From: Burkholderiales bacterium
Lineage (GTDB): Bacteria; Pseudomonadota; Gammaproteobacteria; Burkholderiales; JACQAP01
DNA: 52,327 bases
Direction: 5' to 3'
NCBI GenBank assembly: GCA_046590325.1
Contig: JBKJUC010000103.1
Coordinates: forward strand, 1-52,327
The position numbers were made by a program, and so were the translations under genes. Shown one piece after another: positions 35,313 to 44,776 of the stretch; the stretch's first letter is position 1; each line of letters opens with the position of its first letter. The notes below the pieces were generated by a model. It saw only the letters and a list, made by a program, of their open reading frames with translations. It was not told where the DNA came from and did no database searches.

Positions 35313-36272
35313 CTACTCTGGCGTCAGCTTCAGCTTGCCAATCAGCCTACCATAGGTCTCCCACTCCTGACGCACATAGGCGCCGAACACGGTAGTTGAA
35401 GCAATAACCGTTTCCGCGCCGGTTGCCTCGAAATGCGTCTGTACCGGTGGCGTGTCGATTGCGGCGCTGATCTCGCCGTTGAGCTTGTCGATCACGCCGG
35501 GCGGCGTGCCGGACGGCGCGAAGAAGCCGGCCCACGTATCCAGAGCGAACGCCGGATAGCCGGATTCCACGATGGTCGGAACCTCCGGGAAGATCGCAGC
35601 ACGCTGGCGGCTTGTCACCGCCAGTGCGCGCAGCCTGCCGGATTTGATATGCGGCTGCGCCACGACATAGCCGCTCATCATGACCGGCACGCGTCCCGCG
35701 AGCACGTCCGCGAGCGCCTGGGCGTCACCACGATAGGGAATGTGGAGCATCTCGATTGCGGCAACCTGCTTGAAGACTTCCATCCCCAGGTGCGGCAGCC
35801 CGCCGGTTCCGCTCGATGCATAGCCGGGGGGCTGCGCGCCGCTGCGTGCCAGCGCGACGAGTTCGCGGACGGTTCCGACCCCAAGGTCCGCATGCGCGAC
35901 CAGCACCATGCCGGACACGTAAGCTTGCGCAATTGGAATGAAATCCTTGACCGGGTCGTAGCCGGTGTTCGGATAGATATGGGGGCTGATCAGAAGGCTG
36001 TTGTTGCTGAACAGCAGCATCGATCCGTTCGGCCTGGATTTGGCAACGGCAAGCGCTGCGAGGGTGCCGCCTGCGCCAGGCCTGTTCTCGACGAGCACGC
36101 GCTGCTTGAGCCGGACACCGATCGCGTCGGCGATGACCCGGGCGCGTGCGTCGAGGCTGCTGCCGGCGGTGACCGGGACGATGATGCGAATTTCACCGGG
36201 CAGCGTCTGCGCCCGCAAAGGCACCACCGCAAGCATCAGCACGCAAACTGCACACCTTATTGTTCGGTTCAT
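35313..36272 (-). CDS. Bug/TctC tripartite tricarboxylate transporter substrate-binding protein
   Basis: IRIIVP..AGSSLD, VENRPGAGG, YDPVKDF, HIPYRG, LRALAVT, GFFAPSGTP; signal peptide. Confidence 0.93.
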   Translation of the reverse strand: MNRTIRCAVCVLMLAVVPLRAQTLPGEIRIIVPVTAGSSLDARARVIADAIGVRLKQRVLVENRPGAGGTLAALAVAKSRPNGSMLLFSNNSLLISPHIYPNTGYDPVKDFIPIAQAYVSGMVLVAHADLGVGTVRELVALARSGAQPPGYASSGTGGLPHLGMEVFKQVAAIEMLHIPYRGDAQALADVLAGRVPVMMSGYVVAQPHIKSGRLRALAVTSRQRAAIFPEVPTIVESGYPAFALDTWAGFFAPSGTPPGVIDKLNGEISAAIDTPPVQTHFEATGAETVIASTTVFGAYVRQEWETYGRLIGKLKLTPE

Positions 36273-36572
36273 GGTATGCCCCCGGGGGTATTGTCCCTCA
36301 TCGCCGATCGGAGGGTGGCCGTGCGGAGAATTCAAAGGCCGGGGAACCACCGGCGCGCGGGTGTTCCAGGCTGCGGAAAAGAAGCTCGAAATTTTGCGCG
36401 GGCGGAGGGAACCCTAGTCCGATCGACCCTCACTGGAGAGATGAACTAACTCACGGATAATATTATCTAAAGAGCCCCAGTCGCTGAAGGCTGGCCAAAC
36501 ATCAGACTTGCCGGAAAGGCTTCCGAAGCGCACACTGTGCGGTCCCATTCGAAGGCCTCCGCTCGGACATCC

Positions 36573-36869
36573 ATGAACACTTCCATCCTCCAGTATCTGA
36601 GAACCAACGGTGAACAACTTGACGCCGATATCGCCAAGGCGCTTCACATGCCGAAGGCTCAGGTTCTCAGCCATATTTCGCAACTTTCCTCCGCCGGCGA
36701 GGTGATCTGCTGTCAAGTCACCCGTTTTAACGAGGGCAAGAAAATCGAGGGCGTGAGCTGCCGTCTGGCCGCTTATGTGCCGCCGCGAGCCACCGGGCCG
36801 AAGCCCGGCGCGAAAAGGGGGGCCGCTGCCGCCGCTGCCACCACGATTCCCGATCACGGTACGGTTTGA
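36573..36869 (+). CDS. Small winged-HTH-like protein
   Basis: ILQYLRTNGEQLDADIAKAL, GEVICCQVTRF..GKKIEG..CR..YVPP. Confidence 0.75.
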   Translation: MNTSILQYLRTNGEQLDADIAKALHMPKAQVLSHISQLSSAGEVICCQVTRFNEGKKIEGVSCRLAAYVPPRATGPKPGAKRGAAAAAATTIPDHGTV

Positions 36870-36909
36870 GCTGGCGACAGATCAGCGGCGTTTCACGCAG
36901 ACTGAAAGT

Positions 36910-36942
36910 AAACGGGCACCGAATGGTGCCCGTTTGTTTTTT
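36910..36942. terminator. Hairpin terminator between convergent genes
   Basis: AAACGGGCACC-GAAT-GGTGCCCGTTT then GTTTTTT. Confidence 0.7.
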
Positions 36943-37010
36943 CAGCAGCCGTATGCGGAGTGCAGCGCGGAAATGCTGCACACCACATCAAATGTGGAAG
37001 GAACGGATCG

Positions 37011-37634
37011 CTATCTGCTGATCCTGTGCCTGAGGGCAGGTACAGCGGCGGCCGTGGCAATTGCGATCACGGCCAGGCCGACAGCGCTGGCTGCCATGGG
37101 ATGTTTGCGAACGACAGTCCGAGCTTCGCTGCCAGCATGTTCGATCCCCTGCCAGGCGCGACCGGCAGCTTCACGTGTCCGTTGGCGTGCGCGGCGAGTC
37201 GACTCCGCGATGTATGTTGCAGCGGATGTCGCAGCGGATTCCGCCGCCGATGTCGCCGCGGATTCCGTCGTGGGCTCTCTCATGTAGCGCCGCGCATGGG
37301 TCAGCCAATCCGCCGCAGTATCCGACATGCGGCGCTTGCTCTGTCGTTCGGTTCGTGAACGCAATCCCGAGCTCAGTCCCCAGACGATCAGCCCCAGCAG
37401 GCTGGCGCCGGCGATAGCGGAGGGCACCGGATGTTCCCGTGCCGTTCGACGGGCGCTCGCGGCTGCATGCGTCGCAACCTTGACTGCCTGGGTGTTGCGA
37501 ACGTAGTCGAGGCCTTCGCGAATCAGCCGTTTGGCGTCCAACCGCTGTTCCAGTGTATCCAGCGTGGAATCCATGCGATCGCGGACGTCATTGATGTCGC
37601 CTTCGATCTGTTCGGGCGTTCTGCTTGCGTTCAT
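37011..37634 (-). CDS. DUF3618 domain protein
   Basis: RTPEQIEGDINDVRDRMDSTLDTLEQRL; two HP-hydrophobic anchors (REHPVP, RKHPMA); ATGA overlap with upstream gene. Confidence 0.8.
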   Translation of the reverse strand: MNASRTPEQIEGDINDVRDRMDSTLDTLEQRLDAKRLIREGLDYVRNTQAVKVATHAAASARRTAREHPVPSAIAGASLLGLIVWGLSSGLRSRTERQSKRRMSDTAADWLTHARRYMREPTTESAATSAAESAATSAATYIAESTRRARQRTREAAGRAWQGIEHAGSEARTVVRKHPMAASAVGLAVIAIATAAAVPALRHRISR

Positions 37635-38041
37635 TGAATATGCTCCTTGATAACTTCCACGTCCTTGCGCAGGGAGCGCATGGAATGGGCGGGGTTGAGA
37701 TGCGTACTCGTCACGATTTTTCTTCCTCTTGCGAGGAGCAACAGTCCCAGCGGCACGACCACGGCGCCAGCGACCAGGGGCGCAAGCCACGCGGCATGTT
37801 CTTCTGGCAGAAGCTGCGCAAGGCCCGCGACCGCCGCCACCAAAACCAGCACCAACCCGGCGAACAGTACCGCTGCACCAATGGCCAGCCAGACCATGCC
37901 GGCGCCCAGATGAGAGACCTTGTCCGAAACTTCAGCCTTCGCCAGAGCCACCTCCTCGCGGATAAGTTCAAGCGATTCACGCCAAAGATCTGCCACAAGG
38001 CCGGATAGAGAGCGATGTCGTTCCGGGGACAGGGCAGTCAT
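37631..38041 (-). CDS. YqjE/holin-X-like two-TM membrane protein
   Basis: RSLSGLVADLWRESLELIREEVALAKAE, two TM helices, P..SMRSLRKD; RBS AGGAG. Confidence 0.85.
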   Translation of the reverse strand: MTALSPERHRSLSGLVADLWRESLELIREEVALAKAEVSDKVSHLGAGMVWLAIGAAVLFAGLVLVLVAAVAGLAQLLPEEHAAWLAPLVAGAVVVPLGLLLLARGRKIVTSTHLNPAHSMRSLRKDVEVIKEHIQ

Positions 38042-38080
38042 TGTGCAAACTCCTGACAGAGATGGGTGGCAGGGTAGTGC

Positions 38081-38096
38081 AGCAATATGCGTGCCG
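38081..38096 (-). promoter_or_regulatory. Putative sigma54 (-24/-12) promoter
   Basis: Minus strand CGGCAC-GCATA-TTGCT, GG-N10-GC spacing, about 40 nt upstream of the 38041 start. Confidence 0.6.
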
Positions 38097-38340
38097 AGGT
38101 GAAAGCGGTCGTCAGACGGTGCAAGTCGCGGGCACAAGGCTTCCTAACCAATGGGTTAACGGCCTGGTTTTTTCATAACTGCCGCTGGAACATTGCAGCT
38201 TTTGCAGTTCGCCTGTAGCTCTTGCCGGCCTGACGGCTGGAAAAAGCGGTCCGCCGTCCTCTTCTTCGTTACAATTTCCGGCGCGCCCAATCTCTCTCCC
38301 TCCCCCTCTCCCTCCCTCCGGGAACTCCCTTACCCAAGTC

Positions 38341-39906
38341 ATGCACAGCCTCCAGTTCGATAACAGCTTCGTTCGCGACCTGCCCGCCGATCCGCAGCAG
38401 GGTTTGCAACGACGCCAGGTCCACGGCGCCCTGTACTCGCGTGTCCGCCCGACCCCGGTGGCCGCGCCGCGCCTGCTCGCTTACTCGCCGGAGGTCGCGG
38501 CATTGCTGGACATCGACGAAGCGGACATCCGCGCGCCGGAGTTCGCGAATGTGTTCGGCGGCAATGCGCTGATCGAAGGCATGCAGCCTTACGCGGCCAA
38601 CTATGGTGGCCACCAGTTCGGCCACTGGGCCGGGCAGCTTGGCGACGGCCGCGCAATCACGCTGGGCGAGACCATTAATGCGAAGGGGCAGCGCTGGGAG
38701 TTGCAGCTCAAGGGCGCCGGACCGACGCCCTATTCGCGCACCGCCGACGGCCGGGCAGTGTTGCGGTCCTCGATCCGTGAATTCCTGTGCAGCGAGGCCA
38801 TGCATCACCTCGGCGTGCCGACCACGCGCGCATTGAGCCTGGTTGGTACTGGCGAGCAGGTTGTTCGGGACATGTTCTACGACGGTCATCCAAAGGCCGA
38901 GCCGGGCGCGGTCGTCTGCCGCGTAGCGCCATCTTTCATCCGCTTCGGAAATTTCGAACTGCCAACCTCCCGCGAAGACCTGGCGCTGCTGAAGCAGCTG
39001 ATCGACTTCACCATTCGCCGCGATTTCCCGGAGTTGAAATCCGCAGCCGGCAGTGAACAGCTTTATGGCGACTGGTTCACGCAAGTGTGCGAGCGCACCG
39101 CGGTAATGGTGGCCCACTGGCTGCGTGTGGGTTTCGTGCACGGCGTGATGAATACCGACAACATGTCCATCCTCGGCCTGACCATCGACTACGGTCCGTA
39201 CGGCTGGATCGACGATTTCGATCTCGACTGGACGCCCAACACCACGGATGCCCAGGGGCGGCGCTACCGGTTCGGCCAGCAGGCGCAGATCGCCTACTGG
39301 AACGTGCAGCAACTGGCCAATGCCCTGGTGCCCGCGTTCGCTTCCGTCGAACTCCTTAAGGCCGGGCTGCAGCGCTATGTGGAAGTATTCATGGCGGCCG
39401 ATCGCGGCAACGTGGCGGCGAAACTGGGCCTGTCCGAATGCCGGGAAGAGGACGAGGATTTCATGCGCGAGTTATACGGCCTGTTGCAGGGCGCCGAAGT
39501 CGACATGACGATTTTCTTTCGCGCGCTGGCTGACTTTGATCCCGGCGCACCGTCATTCTCGCTTTTTGCGGACGCCTTCTACGACGAAGCGAAACGCCGG
39601 GAGGCGGAACCGGGTTTCATGTCGTGGCTGGGGCGCTATGCCGTCCGCGTGCATGGCGATGGTTTACCGTCCGCGGAACGGCGAGCGCGCATTCATGCCG
39701 CGAACCCGAAGTATGTCCTGCGCAATTATCTGGCGCAGGAGGCCATCGACCGCGCGGAGCGGGGTGATACTGCGGGCATTGATGAATTGCTCGATGTGCT
39801 GCGCCACCCCTACGAAGACCAGCCCGGCCGCGACAAATTTGCGCAGCGCCGCCCTGATTGGGCGCGCAATCGCGCCGGATGCTCGATGCTGTCCTGCAGT
39901 TCATGA
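38341..39906 (+). CDS. selO: Protein adenylyltransferase SelO (YdiU family)
   Basis: YGGHQFG..AGQLGDGRA, ELQLKGAGPTPYSR.ADGRAVLRSSIREFLCSEAM, GFVHGVMNTDN, DYGPYG, C-terminal SCSS. Confidence 0.95.
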   Translation: MHSLQFDNSFVRDLPADPQQGLQRRQVHGALYSRVRPTPVAAPRLLAYSPEVAALLDIDEADIRAPEFANVFGGNALIEGMQPYAANYGGHQFGHWAGQLGDGRAITLGETINAKGQRWELQLKGAGPTPYSRTADGRAVLRSSIREFLCSEAMHHLGVPTTRALSLVGTGEQVVRDMFYDGHPKAEPGAVVCRVAPSFIRFGNFELPTSREDLALLKQLIDFTIRRDFPELKSAAGSEQLYGDWFTQVCERTAVMVAHWLRVGFVHGVMNTDNMSILGLTIDYGPYGWIDDFDLDWTPNTTDAQGRRYRFGQQAQIAYWNVQQLANALVPAFASVELLKAGLQRYVEVFMAADRGNVAAKLGLSECREEDEDFMRELYGLLQGAEVDMTIFFRALADFDPGAPSFSLFADAFYDEAKRREAEPGFMSWLGRYAVRVHGDGLPSAERRARIHAANPKYVLRNYLAQEAIDRAERGDTAGIDELLDVLRHPYEDQPGRDKFAQRRPDWARNRAGCSMLSCSS

Positions 39907-40008
39907 GCTCCGCGCTTGAAATGAAAGCGTGGGGCCCGAATGCCGTGCAAAGGGCTTCCTGCCTGACGCCACCCCTTCCGACCTGATCTCCGTCCCGAAA
40001 GAACCCGC

Positions 40009-40626
40009 ATGCCCTCACTGCCTCCGTTTACAAGATTCCTGGTCATCTTCAACGTTGTGGTGTTTCTGTTGCAGCAGGTGGCCGGCAACGGACTGATCTA
40101 CTGGTTTGCATTGTGGCCAGGTGCCGGTTCTGGAATCGAAAGCCTGCCCCTGCTGTCACCGTGGCAAATGGTGACCTACAGCTTCCTGCACGGCAGCTTC
40201 ATGCACCTTGCGTTCAACATGCTCGCTGTGTGGATGTTCGGCGGCGACCTCGAGCGCGTATGGGGGGTGAGGCGTGTCGCCGCGGCTTACTTTGCCAGCG
40301 TGGTCACCGGCGGTATCAGCCAGCTCATCGTGGGCGCGATGTTCGGTGAAGGCGGCGGGCCGGTCATCGGCGCGTCGGCCGGCGTATTCGGTCTGCTGCT
40401 GGCCTATGCGCTGGTGTTCCCGAACCGCAAGATCATGCCCCTGTTCCCGCCGATCCCGATGCCCTCGCGCGTATTCGTACTCTTGTACGCGGTCCTCGAA
40501 CTCGTGTTCGGCGTCACCGGCACCGTTTCCGGCGTCGCCCATTTCGCCCACCTTGGCGGGCTGATCGGAGGTTGGCTGGTGTACAGGTATTGGAGGACCA
40601 AGCCGAGAGGGTGGGGGACGAGTTAG
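40009..40626 (+). CDS. Rhomboid family intramembrane serine protease
   Basis: FLHGSFMHLAFNM, IGASAGV (catalytic Ser), AHFAHLGG (catalytic His). Confidence 0.93.
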   Translation: MPSLPPFTRFLVIFNVVVFLLQQVAGNGLIYWFALWPGAGSGIESLPLLSPWQMVTYSFLHGSFMHLAFNMLAVWMFGGDLERVWGVRRVAAAYFASVVTGGISQLIVGAMFGEGGGPVIGASAGVFGLLLAYALVFPNRKIMPLFPPIPMPSRVFVLLYAVLELVFGVTGTVSGVAHFAHLGGLIGGWLVYRYWRTKPRGWGTS

Positions 40627-40633
40627 AAAAAGC

Positions 40634-40767
40634 AGTGCTGAGTGCTGTGTGCTGAGAAGGGGTAACGCTCGCTACACACAGAACCAGTTTAAGAAATGGA
40701 ACGATCTGGAACTAAAGTGCATGTCGATTGCCCAGCACCCAGCACCCAGCACCCAGCACCCAGCACC
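40634..40767. repeat. Palindromic element with 7-bp GTGCTGA / CCAGCAC tandem arms
   Basis: AGTGCTGAGTGCTGTGTGCTGAG ... (CCAGCAC)x5. Confidence 0.85.
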
Positions 40768-40840
40768 GTTTTCCTCTTTTCTCTCACGCATCGGCCCGCG
40801 CCGATGCGGTACCATGCCCGCTTTTCAGGAAAGGACCCTA

Positions 40841-41512
40841 ATGAATCCCATTGTTCGTTTCGTCCCGGCCTTGCTTGCCGTCACGTTCGTTGCCCAGGTT
40901 TTCGCGGCGGACCCGAAAACGGAGGAAGAAAAAACCCTCTACGCGATCGGCCTGGCGCTGAGCCAGACGGTGAATGATTTCGCGCTTTCCGAAGGCGAGC
41001 TGGAGCAGGTGAAATCAGGTTTGACCGATGGTGTGCTCAAGCGTCCCGCCAAGGTCGAGCTGCAAACCTATATGCCCAAGATCCAGCAACTGGCGCAGGC
41101 CCGTGCCGCAACAGTCGCGGACAAGGAGAAGAAATCCGGCGCGACGTTCCTGGCGAAGGCGGCCGCGGAACCCGGCGCCAAGAAAACAGAATCTGGTGCG
41201 ATCGTGATCCCGATCAAGGAGGGAACCGGCGCGAAGCCGGCCGCTAACGAAAAGGTGACGGTGCACTACCACGGCACCCTGGTCGACGGAACGGTGTTCG
41301 ACAGTTCCGTGAATCGCGGCACGCCGGCGACCTTTCCGCTCAACGGCGTCATCAAGTGCTGGACCGAAGGCGTGCAGTTGATCAAGGTGGGGGGCAAGGC
41401 GCGGCTCGTGTGCCCGGCCGCCATTGCCTACGGGGATCGTGGGTCGCCGCCCAAGATCAAGCCGGGCGCGACGCTGATTTTCGAAGTCGAGCTGCTCGAA
41501 ATCGCCAAGTAA
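40841..41512 (+). CDS. FKBP-type peptidyl-prolyl isomerase (FkpA/Mip-like)
   Basis: Signal peptide, KTLYAIG N-domain, VHYHGTLVDGTVFDSS, VIKCWTEG, AYG, TLIFEVELL. Confidence 0.93.
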   Translation: MNPIVRFVPALLAVTFVAQVFAADPKTEEEKTLYAIGLALSQTVNDFALSEGELEQVKSGLTDGVLKRPAKVELQTYMPKIQQLAQARAATVADKEKKSGATFLAKAAAEPGAKKTESGAIVIPIKEGTGAKPAANEKVTVHYHGTLVDGTVFDSSVNRGTPATFPLNGVIKCWTEGVQLIKVGGKARLVCPAAIAYGDRGSPPKIKPGATLIFEVELLEIAK

Positions 41513-41562
41513 GCTCGAGACAGGCAGTCCGCTCCGGATCCGCATTGCGGGCCCGGAGCGTT

Positions 41563-41838
41563 TCAGTTGCTGTGCCGTTCCGGCGTTTTGTGCGGGCCGA
41601 GTACCGGTTCGTCGTCCGGTTCTGCACCGTGGTAGGTCACGCGAAGTGCTTCGTCTTCCGCATCGTCCCAGGCCTTGGCCGCACGCGTGTCATAGCGCGC
41701 CCGGCTGCTGCGCTTCATCACGGCGTCATAGGCCCTCTCGACGTTGATGTCGCGTTTCTCGATGAGGGCTATTGCCGCCGCGCAGCCGGCTTCGATGTCC
41801 TCGTCGGACGCATGCGAATCGAATATCCACAGTTTCAT
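41563..41838 (-). CDS. Hypothetical protein
   Basis: 91-aa ORF with GGGGAAG RBS and normal codon usage. Confidence 0.65.
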   Translation of the reverse strand: MKLWIFDSHASDEDIEAGCAAAIALIEKRDINVERAYDAVMKRSSRARYDTRAAKAWDDAEDEALRVTYHGAEPDDEPVLGPHKTPERHSN

Positions 41839-41898
41839 GCCTGGTTCTTCCCCGTTTGTTTCGATATGAATGCTTCTTGAGACACCGGTTCGCCCGGT

Positions 41899-43026
41899 TT
41901 ACTCGACCTCGGTCTCGAAGGTTCGCGGCGCGGCGGGCGCCGTCTTCAGGTCGAAGTAGACACGGCCGATTTCGCGTTCGTCCGTGGTTTCCACCTGCAG
42001 CTTCCAAGCCCCGGGCTGGTAGTTCGCTTTCATCCCATAGCCGCGGAATCCCAGCGCGCGTCCGCCCACGATATTGATGGGAATCGAATCTTGCAACCGC
42101 CATTTGCCGCCGCCGTCCTTCCAGTACCAGCGCATCAGCACCTGATCGGCAAAGCGTGCCGGCGAGAAAATCCGGAAGAACGCATAAATCTTGTCGCCCG
42201 GCTGGGCGAGGAATTGCTGGTCGCCGTTGTCCCAGAAGCGCCAGAACGGTCTTTCGTGGCTGAGCACGAAGCTATCGCCCTGGCGCTCGACGCCATGGTA
42301 AACACCGATATGCTGGATCGACAGCGGAACCGGCGGAATTAGCCGGAAGAAATAAAGCGTGAGAAACAGCGCCAGCACCGCGCCGAAGGGAACGAGGATC
42401 TGTTTGCGGGCCTGCTGCATGCGTTCCGGTGCATGGATGCGGATGCGCCGGTTCACCACCGCCGGCGGGATGCAGCCGACCAGCATGGATGCCATGAAGA
42501 CCAGCATGCCGATGGAGCCGATGAATATCGGCACCACGCCCGCACAGAAGGACAGTGTGCAGATGCTGAGCAGCGCGAACTTGAAAGACAGTCCGAGCTT
42601 CTTGAAGCGCTCCGATTCGTTGATGACCAGCAGCACGACCAGGATCGCCATGAAACCGAACGAAACGAACAGCGATGAACTTTTGAAGAAGTACAGGGTG
42701 TACAGGCTGAGCAGGCTGCCGAGGATGAAGTGCACGATCGCGTTGCGGTATTCGTAATAGAACCGCCTGGCCGCATTCATTCCGGCGAGGTCGCGCGGCG
42801 GCCTGCCTTCCTCGAAGAACATCTGCAGCAGGGCGATGCCTATGATCAGGATGTAGATGGCCTGCTGGCCGATGGTGAACCACGAGTCGATGCGTTCCAG
42901 CGTGAGGATGTCGAAAAGAAAGCCGCCGACAAATGCCCAGACGGCGACCTTGCGCTCGTTATTCTCGTAGTAGAGCTTGACCCGGTTGAGGCGGGTCGGA
43001 GCGGGTGTGGTTTCGGGCTGGGACAT
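41899..43026 (-). CDS. DUF2914 domain membrane protein
   Basis: N-terminal multi-TM region (GFLFDILTLERID, IPPVPLS) and C-terminal GGRALGFRGY...PGAWKLQVET..REIGR. Confidence 0.8.
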   Translation of the reverse strand: MSQPETTPAPTRLNRVKLYYENNERKVAVWAFVGGFLFDILTLERIDSWFTIGQQAIYILIIGIALLQMFFEEGRPPRDLAGMNAARRFYYEYRNAIVHFILGSLLSLYTLYFFKSSSLFVSFGFMAILVVLLVINESERFKKLGLSFKFALLSICTLSFCAGVVPIFIGSIGMLVFMASMLVGCIPPAVVNRRIRIHAPERMQQARKQILVPFGAVLALFLTLYFFRLIPPVPLSIQHIGVYHGVERQGDSFVLSHERPFWRFWDNGDQQFLAQPGDKIYAFFRIFSPARFADQVLMRWYWKDGGGKWRLQDSIPINIVGGRALGFRGYGMKANYQPGAWKLQVETTDEREIGRVYFDLKTAPAAPRTFETEVE

Positions 43027-43128
43027 TTTTTCGCGCGGGAAGCGCCTGATTGACCTTTTAGGGCGACCTCTATTTGCCGGCCATCATACTTCGGCCATCG
43101 GCACGATGCACGGTCTCCCACGTGCACT

Positions 43129-44289
43129 TCAGGCCGCCAGCCGGTGCCTTTCGACACGGGTGGCGAACCACCATCCGAGGGCGGCCAGGGTGGTGCCCAT
43201 CGCCACGAAGGTCCATTCGTAGTTCACCACGCGGATCAGGACGCCGCATAGCGCGACACCGCTGGCTTGTCCCATGAACAGGGAAAAAGCGAATACGGCA
43301 ATCGCCGTGCCCCGCGCCTGCGGCGCCATCTCGGTGGCCTTGGTCTGCAGCGTGTTATGGAACATGTAGAAACCGAAGCCCGCCGCGATGAACACGGGAA
43401 TGGTGGCCTGCCAAAGCGGCAGCAGCGGCAGTATAACGAGGCTGCCCAGCAGCAGCCCGCCGCCGATTTTCACGAAGCCGGTTTCGCCGAAGCGCGCAAG
43501 CAGCCTCCGCACCATGACGCTGTAGATCAGGCCGCCGAGGCCGAAGCCGGCGAGCAAGGCGCCGATCAGGAGATAGGAGAGGTCGAAGCGTTCCTTGAGA
43601 TACGCGCCCGTATAGGCAAAAGCGCCGTAGAACAGACCGCCCTCCAGGAACACGGTCAGCATCACGGTGCGCACCCAGGGGTCGCGCAACACGCGCAGAT
43701 AGTTGCTCAAGACTCCCGCCGGCGGCGCGGCGGGCGCGGGCCGCTCGGTACGCTGGTCGACCAGTAGCAGCACCACGCTGACAATCAGGAATACCGCGGC
43801 GAGCACATCGAATATCCTGCGCCAGTCGACAAATTCGGCGAGTGCCCCGCCGAGGGCAGGTCCGAAGATCTGGCCCATCAGGATAAAGCCGAGAAAGCGG
43901 CCAAGCGCGGCCTGGCGCTTGTCGTACGGTGTGTTGTCGCCGATCCAGGCCAGGGACAGCGGAACAATGGCCGCCGCGCCGATGCCGGTGGCGAAGCGTA
44001 GCACCGTGAGCATTTCCAGCGATGAAGCGAACGAGCAGCCGAGCGAGGCGGCAGCGGCGATCAGGGTCGCGATGCCGACGACGCGCAACTTGCCGGCACG
44101 ATCGCCAAGCGGGCCGTGCACCACCTGGAACAGGCCATACGCAAGCGTGAACGCGGTAATGACAACCGACGCCGTGGTGGGCAGGACGCCGAAGTCCCGT
44201 GCGACGGTCGGCAGCAATGCATCGAACAATCTGAGATTCGCGCCGGAAACGAAGCCGGCGGCGGCGAGGGCGAAAAAGGCTGGGTTCAT
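43129..44289 (-). CDS. MFS transporter
   Basis: GPLGDRAGKLRV motif A, about 12 TM helices, QTKATEMAPQARG. Confidence 0.92.
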   Translation of the reverse strand: MNPAFFALAAAGFVSGANLRLFDALLPTVARDFGVLPTTASVVITAFTLAYGLFQVVHGPLGDRAGKLRVVGIATLIAAAASLGCSFASSLEMLTVLRFATGIGAAAIVPLSLAWIGDNTPYDKRQAALGRFLGFILMGQIFGPALGGALAEFVDWRRIFDVLAAVFLIVSVVLLLVDQRTERPAPAAPPAGVLSNYLRVLRDPWVRTVMLTVFLEGGLFYGAFAYTGAYLKERFDLSYLLIGALLAGFGLGGLIYSVMVRRLLARFGETGFVKIGGGLLLGSLVILPLLPLWQATIPVFIAAGFGFYMFHNTLQTKATEMAPQARGTAIAVFAFSLFMGQASGVALCGVLIRVVNYEWTFVAMGTTLAALGWWFATRVERHRLAA

Positions 44290-44418
44290 GGCGGAGAGCC
44301 GGCATTGTGCCCGGTTACGCCCGCGGAATCGACAGTGACATCCCGCTTTCGCCGTTCAGGACGACGAAAGCGGAAGCCGTGATCTGGAACAGCCGCTACG
44401 ACTTGCCGGTGTTACGCA

Positions 44419-44565
44419 TTACAGATGACCGCGATCGCTCCAGGTACGGCCGTAGATCTTGCGCAGGTCTTCGCGCGCACGGATGAATTCGCGTTTTGAC
44501 GCGTCCAGCGCTTGTGCGCCAGCCGATTCCAGGGAATTGCGAAATGCGCTCAGTATGCCTTTCAT
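44419..44565 (-). CDS. Unannotated 48-aa small protein
   Basis: GGAGG 5 nt before ATG; MKGILSAFRNSLESAGAQALDASKREFIRAREDLRKIYGRTWSDRGHL*; sits in a 490-bp gap, followed by a hairpin at 44343-44373. Confidence 0.5.
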   Translation of the reverse strand: MKGILSAFRNSLESAGAQALDASKREFIRAREDLRKIYGRTWSDRGHL

Positions 44566-44776
44566 GACAGCCTCCGGGATAAATTGCTACGTCGCCAATA
44601 TGCTGCCTGCAAGCATCCCGCGGAAGACAGGTGGGCGGCATACCAGCTATGCCGTGAATGCATGAGCGAAGCGGGCAGCGGCTGGCAGGGCGTACAATCT
44701 CGCCGCACGGGATTTGTCCTGTGGCACGAACACCCGGCAGTCCTGACGGATCCAGTACATCAAGGAGGAGATTTCG

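Noticed and set aside
37631-38041. Prophage lysis gene
   Set aside because: Holin-X/YqjE-like family in a cellular stress context; no endolysin or phage genes nearby.
39880-39906. Selenocysteine read-through in SelO
   Set aside because: The C-terminus is CSMLSCSS with Cys at the position equivalent to Sec; the TGA is the normal stop.
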